This document shows, piece by piece, positions 55,000 to 64,000 of a stretch of DNA of 64,000 bases. The notes below the pieces were generated by a model, which saw only the letters and a list, made by a program, of their open reading frames with translations, made no database searches and was not told the origin of the DNA. The stretch is from Octopus sinensis (Eukaryota): NCBI RefSeq assembly GCF_006345805.1, contig NC_043019.1, positions 8,617,360-8,681,359 on the forward strand, in the 5' to 3' direction. Made by a program: the position numbers and the translations under genes. The first letter of the stretch is position 1; every line of letters starts with the position of its first letter.

Positions 55000-56450
55000 T
55001 TGGAATGTAGATAACGAAACCAATGTTACATGTTAAACCCGAGGAAAGTCTTGCGTAGTTTTACCGTTCGACTTCGAGATTGTGTTTGTAATATGCAAAT
55101 CAGTTGGTTGAATACTTTTTTCTGTAAATCCAAGCTTATCAAGACTGACAATCAGGGATTTCCTTACAAAATCAAGATCTCCGATTATTATCAGTATAAA
55201 TGTTAATTTGTAGTCCAGATATAGAAGCTGGAGGTTCCGAATCAGTTCTTCTTTTTCTTTGATTTTCAAAGACATATTTAAACATGAGCAGAATGGTTGA
55301 CCTCTACGATGGTACATATATTTTCTTGTCTTTCTCAAACAAGAATATCCGACCTGTTATGCTTATATCTGACAGATGTTTTCATGGGAATGTCCCACCA
55401 ATATTCTTTGTGCTGTATTTGTATACGTATCCAATAACAGAAGCGTTCGCCATATTTATTCCAGGTCAGTCCTTTCCTTGAATGGCATAGGATACCGCGT
55501 TTGCAACAACGCTTTGTCGTATAGGGAGGTGATACCGTCATGAGATTTTTGGGTGGCGGCTAAACCCATGTGTGATGTCTTGCACAGAAATATGAGAGAA
55601 TCGACTTTTACAGTTGCATCTTGGTTTCCTTGTCTCTTTTGTTGATTAGGTATCTTATAACAACCTTCTGCAACCTTGGGTTGCAATTGCATAACCTCGA
55701 AGTGTGATGTGATGTAGCGGTCACGAGTCCAAGGGAGGCTTCCTCCCATGTCAATATTACTATCTTCTTCAAGTCTATGAGAAGCATGCCCATGCAATGT
55801 CTTCCATGGCTTCTTTAATGTATAACTATCCGGCTGAAATGGCGATGTATGGATGGTCATCAGGAACAGTTTCTTCAGAACTCACTTCCAACACTTAGGA
55901 TATTATTTTGTTCACTTTTCAGCACTGTTTTGCTGCTGTTCTCCAATAACAGAAGCATTCGCCATATTTATTCCAGGTCAGTCCTTTTCTTGAATGGCAT
56001 AGTATACCGTGTTTGCACTATGTGACATTCAAAGTCTGTCTGCACTAACCTCAAGTCCCTACCTTTTTTTTATCTTAAGCGGAACCTCTCTTCTTAAATT
56101 GAACCTGTCAAAATCACTGATTTTGTGAAAATTTCCACTTGATGTTAAATATTATGGGTTTTACTGTCTAGGGAGGCAATTTCTTCCCAAATATTGGAAT
56201 CAGCAGTGCTAATACAATTACATTTTAGGATATTGTGTTGTTGTAAGAGGAGAGTTCGGAATGTTATATTTTTTCTAAGTCTGGTGTAATATTCTTGGGT
56301 CACTCTATCTTTATTCACAGTACCTTGCTAGGATATCTTTTCAACAACGTCAAGGTACTTGTAGCGTTCTTTTTGTTGGACAGACGAGATTATGAGGTGC
56401 GCAGGTTCTGTGTCTGGGAAACTGATTTTCCCGTTCATCTATTAAATACG
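55000..56450 (-). mobile_element. Decayed RTE-like LINE reverse-transcriptase region
   Basis: Fragments such as DLDFVRKSLIVSLDKLGFTEKSIQ...NTISKSNGKTTQDF match the RT segment DF.KAFDSV.R..L...L.KLG; many frameshifts; 75-bp internal duplication. Confidence 0.7.
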
Positions 56451-56477
56451 AACCTTCTTCTGTATGTATATATGGAC

Positions 56478-56514
<37 letters not shown>

Positions 56515-56617
56515 TGCATTATATGTATGAATGTATGCATGTATTACGTATGAATGTGTGTATGTATGTGTGTGTATGTATATATATTATACACACACAC
56601 ATATATATATACATATA

Positions 56618-56666
<49 letters not shown>

Positions 56667-56879
56667 TATTTACAGGGCAAGACTGCTAGTAGTCTCCCGC
56701 ATGCTAGAAATAGATCACCAACTTGCGGCAGACTACCTAGCAGTCTTGCCCTGTCCATATACACATGTATTAGAATTTTCTCTGATTTTTTCAGATTTTT
56801 TGTATGCTAGACTACTGGTTTTCAATTGATATTAAATTATATTAATTTATCTCCGTCTTAGTGATATATATATATATTA

Positions 56880-56964
<85 letters not shown>

Positions 56965-57717
56965 TATATATATATGTATGTGTGTGTGTGTGGTTGTATG
57001 TATGTATATATGCATGAATGTCAGTATGTATGTATGCATGCATGCCTGCAAGCATGCATGTACGCAAGGATGGAAAGTGATGTATCTGCTTAGTTCTGAA
57101 ATTTCATCCTGGTATTAGAATCCAAAAAAGTCTTCAACTAAATCAACAGCTAAAAAAATCTGCTTTCAAAGCAAGACAGACACCGACAACAGCAATATCA
57201 ACAAGAAGAACGACGATAGAAATGTAACAAGAATATTTGGTTAATGACTAAAGGAACGCATTGAGATTGTTTGGTTAACGTTGATGAAAGTATAAAGACG
57301 GAAAGATAAGGTGATCCAGCGTGGGCGTGCAGATTAAGAACACATTTTGAGCGTGAGGCAAGAAAGGTGCTTTTGATGCAGAACAGCTGTTCTTCACTGA
57401 ATTCTCGCTAATTTTGTGCCACATTGCTGCTTGTAGAGGCACGCATATGGAGCTGTGTCTGTGTGTGTCTGCATGACGATGTGTGCATATGTAATTAAGC
57501 TGATGATAAATGTAACACCTTTACATACATACATAGTTTGAGACTGCAAACTTATCAACGGCAACAAAACAACAATGGCAACTATATCGAGACTAACAAC
57601 GATTGCGACAGAATTCAGAATTCAGCCCAATGAGCAATGCAACCGGAATTGTTTTAGCCTTAAAAATGCTAGTAAAAAGAATACACGTTCTTGCTGCTGC
57701 TGCCTCTGCTACTACTG

Positions 57718-57773
<56 letters not shown>

Positions 57774-58007
57774 GCTACTACTACTACTACTACTACTAAT
57801 AATTAATAATAACACTACTACTATGTCTACCACTATTACTAATACTAGTACTGCTGCTGCAGTCGCTACAATTATTGCTTTTAATATTACTAACGGTACC
57901 ACCATTACAAACACCAAAACCAACGACCCCCACGACGCCCACCACTATTATATATATTTCAATTACAAGCTTTTGAAATTTAGGTGCATTTTCAACAACA
58001 AATTTGC

Positions 58008-58049
<42 letters not shown>

Positions 58050-58206
58050 GTAATGTACCTCTCTCTCTCTCTCTATACACCGCATATATATATATATATA
58101 TTATATATATATATATATTATATATATATATATATATTATATCTTCTAAAATATTCAGAATTTAGTTTTTGGTCACACAACATCTCTCCACACCCCTTGC
58201 TCTCAC

Positions 58207-58379
58207 CTACTGGATTTGACCGCCGCCTGACCTGTAAATATCTTCAACGCACCCACCACCCGATTCCAATGTACATTGATATCAGTTCAGCCATGGGCTC
58301 TAAAGAGCCTCCTCGTTCAAATTGCTTTGCTGCGCCTCTGTTCTGTTTTTGTTCTGCCAACGGAATTCCTATTTTTTTC
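58207..58379 (-). other. Exon-like 173-nt segment; longest frame KKIGIPLAEQKQNRGAAKQFERGGSLEPMAELISMYIGIGWWVR*
   Basis: Acceptor atttctcttcAG, donor TAG|GTGAGA; GC-richer unique sequence between (TA)n tracts. Confidence 0.35.
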
Positions 58380-58514
58380 CTGAAGAGAAATCCACAATAT
58401 GGTATCCTTATTTAATCAGAATTTGGAATTGTAGCTTTTGAAACATGTGTAGAAGCAATAAAATGATTCTGTTCAATCTTCGTTCAACTCCATTTCTTCA
58501 ATTAACTAATAATA

Positions 58515-58591
<77 letters not shown>

Positions 58592-58596
<5 letters not shown>

Positions 58597-59354
58597 TGAG
58601 TTGTGGGGTATCGCACGAGTGGATTATATAAGAAAAAAGGTTTGAAATGCAATTTAACGATGTTTATTTACTTACCGGTTCACTCTTGGTAAAAGATTGT
58701 CAAAAGTTACATTTAAGGAACATTGAATAATATGGGTTCAAAAAAAGTTTTTTACATAATTGTCACATTGAATATTATGCATTCAAAAAAGTTTTTTACA
58801 TAATTGTCACATTGGATATTATGAATTCAAAATGTTTTTTTATACATAATTGTCACATTACATGTATAAATATAGTGTTTGGTAACAGATAAGTTCAATA
58901 GTGTGATGAGAATATTTGGGAAAATTTGGCAGAAAAGGATAAAACAAATATATATTGGGAATTGGTTGCGTTAATTATTGGTTGTCGCAAATTGTCACAT
59001 TACATGTATATATATACAATCTTGGTATAATATACAGCCTTTTGACAGCAAAAATTAAAATGGATTTTTTATACATCTCAGAATATTTTAAGTACAAGGC
59101 GAGAATATGTTTTTTTACTGCCTGTCGGTATTAGCAGAAAGGCTGAACTGAGAGAACAGAAGAAGTAGCCAATGTGGTGTATACTTCCCCTTTATTTTAT
59201 GAATGATTTCAATGTGACAATTATGTAAAAAACTTTTTTTGAAGCCATATTATTCAATGTTTCCTTAAATGTAACTTTTTACAATCTTTTACCAAAGAGT
59301 GAAACCGGTTAAGTAATAAACATCGTTTAAATTGCATTTTCAAACCTTTTTTCT

Positions 59355-59356
<2 letters not shown>
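58592..59356. mobile_element. Inverted-repeat element (arms about 58625-58772 and 59208-59356) with hammerhead-like motifs in both arms
   Basis: Arms are reverse complements; about three copies of a roughly 43-bp tandem unit at 58745-58862; flanked by (TA)n. Confidence 0.75.
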
Positions 59357-59415
<59 letters not shown>

Positions 59416-59433
59416 ATATATGTTGTGTGTGGG

Positions 59434-59472
<39 letters not shown>

Positions 59473-59959
59473 ATATGCTTGCATATGTACGGGTTTAAAT
59501 ACACAAGTACGAGCGAGCCAATATAACACTGCATATACACACACTTGTATGCGTGCCTATATCGATATGCACTTCTTTCTTTCTACCCTCACTATTACAT
59601 TGGCCAGTAGAATATACACGTAAGTCTATCTATAGAAACTTGACCATTCTCCCCATCCGTTTTGTGATTTACTTCTCACCTTAGAAAAACCCACTCCTAT
59701 ACATTTTTCTGCACCCATCCCTTAATACCATTCAAACACATCATCCCACCTCATCACAGACCCCCCACGCATTCATTACTTACATTCTTATCTCTTCCTA
59801 ACTCTCCCCATTCCTCTCCTATCTTAATATCTACATCAACAACTAACACTCCCTTTTTCACTGTCTTTCATATTCTTTCCTGCTTTTGATTTCCTCTTCC
59901 TCTTTCTTTCCTTTTTCTCTCACCTTTTCTTTTGACTTCTGCTCTTTTACTCTCTTACT

Positions 59960-60130
59960 TCTTTCAGTTATTTGAGTGCGGCCATACTGGAGTACTTCCT
60001 TTTAGCTGAAGAAATCTAGCCATGGACTTATTCTTTGTAAGCCTGCTGCTTATTCAATCGATAACTTCTGCTGAACCGCTAAGTAACGGGGACGTAAACA
60101 CACCAACATCGGTTGGGAAGGACAAACACA
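59960..60130 (-). mobile_element. SINE family B 3' part
   Basis: gcggccatactggag...gaaccgctaagtaacggggacgtaaacacaccaacatcggttg. Confidence 0.7.
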
Positions 60131-61042
60131 AACACAAATACACACACATAAATACATATCTATGTATCTATCTATGAATCTCTCTATATATATGTATATA
60201 TGTGTGTGTCTATATGCATGTACACACACACATATGGATATATTATTATTATTATTATTAGTAGTAGTAGTAGTAGTAGCAGTAGTATTAGTAGTAGTAG
60301 TAGTAGTATCAGTAGTAGTATTTTGTAATAGTAGTTGTAGTAGCAATATAGTAGCAGCAGTTGTATTAGTAGTGGAAGTGGTGGTGGTGGTGGTATAACA
60401 ATGTTGAAAACAAAAACGCCGCAAAATGATAAGAAATTGACGTCATCGAAAAGAACTACAGCCAATAAATAATAAACGCAGCGAAAACAACAACAACAAC
60501 AACGAACGAAATTGCCAGAAACAACTATAACAATACCACCACCAGCACCACCACCACGAAAATCACCACACGAACAATAATAACTAAAATATGAAAAATT
60601 AAACCGGAAATTTTGAAAGACAAACAATGGCGGCCGCGACAATAAACCACATTATAGTTATCTGCCCCTGCTGCTTTTAGTAATTGGTTGCTTACTGTCT
60701 CTTAATAGATATATAGATATATACCAGATGGTTCTATTACACAGACTGGCATATATTTACTTTTATGTGGTTCTTGACTTTGTTTGTTATATATTATGTA
60801 TTACAGTGTTGTAGCTTGCCTTCGTGGAGAAATTTATTAAAATAACGTATTAGGGTGGCATAGGTGTAATACACAGACATGCGCTCGTGAATGTGCGTAT
60901 GTTTGTCTTTTAATACACATTTGTATTATCTATATAGACACATAGCTTCATCAGTGCTTCTCTTTTTCAAGTTTATATATATATATATTATATAATATAT
61001 ATACATGTGTAAATATAGATATGTTTATATATATATATATAT

Positions 61043-61092
<50 letters not shown>

Positions 61093-61096
61093 GTGT

Positions 61097-61302
61097 ACTT
61101 GCCATGATAGATCGTTAGCCACTACACACATTTTTCTCTCTCCTTGTTTCTCTCCTTGTTTTCTGTGTCCCTTTCAGTAGAAGAGTGTAGGCTCGAAACG
61201 TAAAAGACTTTTTCTATTCCTACGCGTTATATTAATACATCTGTTTGTTTTGTACATCACCTGTCTTCGTATTTTTTTCGTTTCGTAAACTCTCCTTATA
61301 TA
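61097..61302 (+). mobile_element. Short non-autonomous repeat between (GT)n and (TA)n with minimal hammerhead-like motif
   Basis: gaagagtgtaggctcgaaacgtaaaag core; recalled as an abundant Octopus repeat. Confidence 0.55.
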
Positions 61303-62538
61303 TATATATATATATATATACGATTTTAAAATAGGATAAAATCTTTATAAGAATTTATCAAGTAGTCAACGTGAAAAACTTCATAAGAGAAAAATCCACC
61401 AATGCGTTCACTTAAATATATTTATTTATATTATATAGAGGGGATTCATACACATAAATGCCACACGCTACGAGGGACTCTTAAAGTCAAAACTACTAAA
61501 ATAAATAAACACATCGTACCGAATGCAACACTGGAAGCAAGTTACTTAAAAACAATTTAGCTGCAGATAACCGTGATTTCATAATCAGTGCAGTGGTACA
61601 CACTTTAATCATCAGTGCAAGCATAATTCAAGATTTATAATGAATGAACAAAGACAACGTAGTTCTCCGGCTGATTCAGCATAGCAGATAATGTGATAAA
61701 GCTGTCCCTTTGACATACAGGTACGATTTACCTGGCGTAGCTCCGTGAACTGAAGCGACGTAATATAATGTCTTACTTAACAAAGTAACGCGTGATCGGG
61801 TATTGAACTCGCGACTTACGATCGGGCGCCGATTATCCATAACAGTTAAGCCATGCACCTTCAACCATAATTCCAGAGAATTATTTATGTAAACTCGGCA
61901 GCGGATTACCTGAATTGCTTCCGATATCAAATAAACTTTATAAACAAATGCATAACTTGGTTCAAAAACTCTGATAATTAAATCAACCTTTGAAGAAAAT
62001 GCGAGAACAATAATGTCGGTAGCGATTTTATTCCATTATAATACGTCCATGATAGAGAGGCCAGATGAGTAATCTTTTAGGTCTGAAACTATTATTGACC
62101 GAAAGAACCGGTTATATGGAATCGCAGCATCGCTATTACATCTAGTTAACAGTACTGGTTTGTATCTGAAACGCAGTCATAAATTATAATGTTAGTTATA
62201 GGACAACCTCGGACATATCATTGACAACCTGCATCTCACCAGACGACATGATACTGCCTCGTGTTTTGCATCCTGATTTACGGCCGGTATTGACAATATA
62301 TCACCGCTTCAAATTCCGTAAAAATTAATGGGAAATCATAGTGAGTGACAATGACAATTAGTAAACATAAATGTAGGGTGCTATATGATGTAACTTCAGA
62401 GAATGTTGATGCTACACAAAGAGGAAGAGAAGACAAGAGGGTCATTCAAATAAATTGTTGATCAGGCTCTTGGAGACAGCAAACGATTAAAGCTTGTAGC
62501 CAACAGCAAATGCTTGAAAAGTAAGCAATAATAATAAA

Positions 62539-63150
62539 GGCGGCGAGATGGCAGAAACGTTAGCACGCAGGGCGAAATGCTTAGCAGTATTTCGTCTGCC
62601 GCTACATTCTGAGTTCAAATTCCGCCGAGGTCGACTTTACCTTTCATCCTTTCGGGGTCGATAAATTAAGTACCAGTTACACACTGTGGTCAATGTAATC
62701 GACTTAATCCGTTTGTCTGTCCTTGTTTGTCCTCTCTGTGTTTAGCACCTTGTGGGTAGTAAAGAAATAGGTATTTCGCCAATCGCTACGTTCTGAGTTC
62801 AAATTTCGCCGATGTCGACTTTGCCTTTCATCCTTTCAGAGTCGATAAATTAAGTACCAGTTTCGCACTAGGGTAAATGTAATCGACTTAATCCCTTTGT
62901 ATGTCCTTGTTTGTCCTCTCTATGTTTCGCCCCTTGTGGGCAATAAAGAAATAAGAAATTTTAGCTCACCGGGCGAAATGCACAGAGGTACTACATGTGT
63001 CTTTACCTTCTGAGTTCAAATTCCACCGAGGTCAACTCTGCCTGTCATCCTTTCGGAGTCGACAAATTAAGTACCAGTTGCGTACTGAGGTCGATGTAAG
63101 CGACTAGCTCCTTTCACTAAAATTTTCGGGCATTAGTCCCAGAGCAGAAA
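62539..63150 (+). mobile_element. SINE family A tandem trimer
   Basis: Unit 1 62539-62770 (full), unit 2 62771-62955 (headless), unit 3 about 62956-63150 (different 3' end). Confidence 0.9.
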
Positions 63151-63603
63151 ATAATAAAAATAATTCACTTTCAGGTAGCAGCTTGTATGCAATCGAATGT
63201 GTATATATATATCTATATATATATATATATTCATAAATTTCAAACCTACACACACATACACACACACTTACACACACACACACATAAACTTATATAGAAA
63301 TACATACGTACATATATATACAGTATATATGTATGTGTGGTGTGTGTGTGTGTGTTGTGTGTGTGTGTGTGTGGTATGTATGTATGCATTCGTTCTATAT
63401 ATTAGTTTTCTTCCTGTTGGTATTCCTTTTTTCCCTGCATTCATGCGCGTGAATTAAAGGACGCCCGTCTTTTTTTGTCCATACGTTTATGCAACCATAA
63501 ATCTGTCTATATAAGTATGTCTATTACAATGTATTTGTGAATATAAATTGGTGTCCGAGTACGAGACGCATGCAACATAACCACTTGCACTGTCACAAAT
63601 ATG

Positions 63604-63643
<40 letters not shown>

Positions 63644-64000
63644 AGGGAAAAGATGGAAAGGGACACAGAGAGACACAAAGAGAGAATGACAGAGCAAGAG
63701 AGACAGAGACACGGAGAGAGAGTGTGTGTATGTATTAAGAGAGGATGTAACTCTGTGACACACACAAACATAAATAGAAGCAGCATAAATCACCAGAGAA
63801 TAGTCATAATGAATTATTGTCTGCATTTGTACAATTTGATGGCTCAATTACACCATTTATTATTGAGAAATGTGGCCTTTTTACGACTATGGTTACTCCG
63901 AAGTATAGCTTACAACTTTTCCTTATCTCTTTTGTGCATGCCGAGAAATTACAATTTCCGATTGCAGTATATCAATTTATTAACTCTACTTACTAAAGTG

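Noticed and set aside
57300-57480. GC-richer unique block with a CAGCTG motif, possible enhancer
   Set aside because: Short motifs are expected by chance; conservation cannot be assessed from one sequence.

Overview
AT-rich, microsatellite-saturated eukaryotic DNA. The dispersed SINE families and (TA)n/(GATA)n/(TAA)n load look like an Octopus (coleoid cephalopod) genome; this is recognition from memory, not a database result. Almost every ORF in the supplied track is a translated microsatellite or chance ORF. Interpretable content: (1) more than 20 tRNA-derived SINE copies, including a dimer bounded by a 14-bp target-site duplication and a trimer; (2) decayed CR1/L2-like and RTE-like LINE pieces, two decayed Tc1/mariner transposases and a non-autonomous Helitron-like element; (3) a chain of phase-compatible GT-AG exons on the minus strand that could encode the C-terminal part of an unidentified protein (best supported 15945-16008, 7867-7985, 2497-2585); (4) the most interesting signal, seven type I hammerhead-ribozyme-like motifs from several repeat families. 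Most have palindromic helix III segments, as in Penelope-like-element hammerheads that cleave as dimers, and they include an unusual long-helix-II form (16854-16943, 27325-27411) and a U3-A8 core variant (45872-45916, plus an inverted pair at 58.6-59.4 kb). All folds, alignments and exon calls were made by eye; repeat boundaries are approximate.
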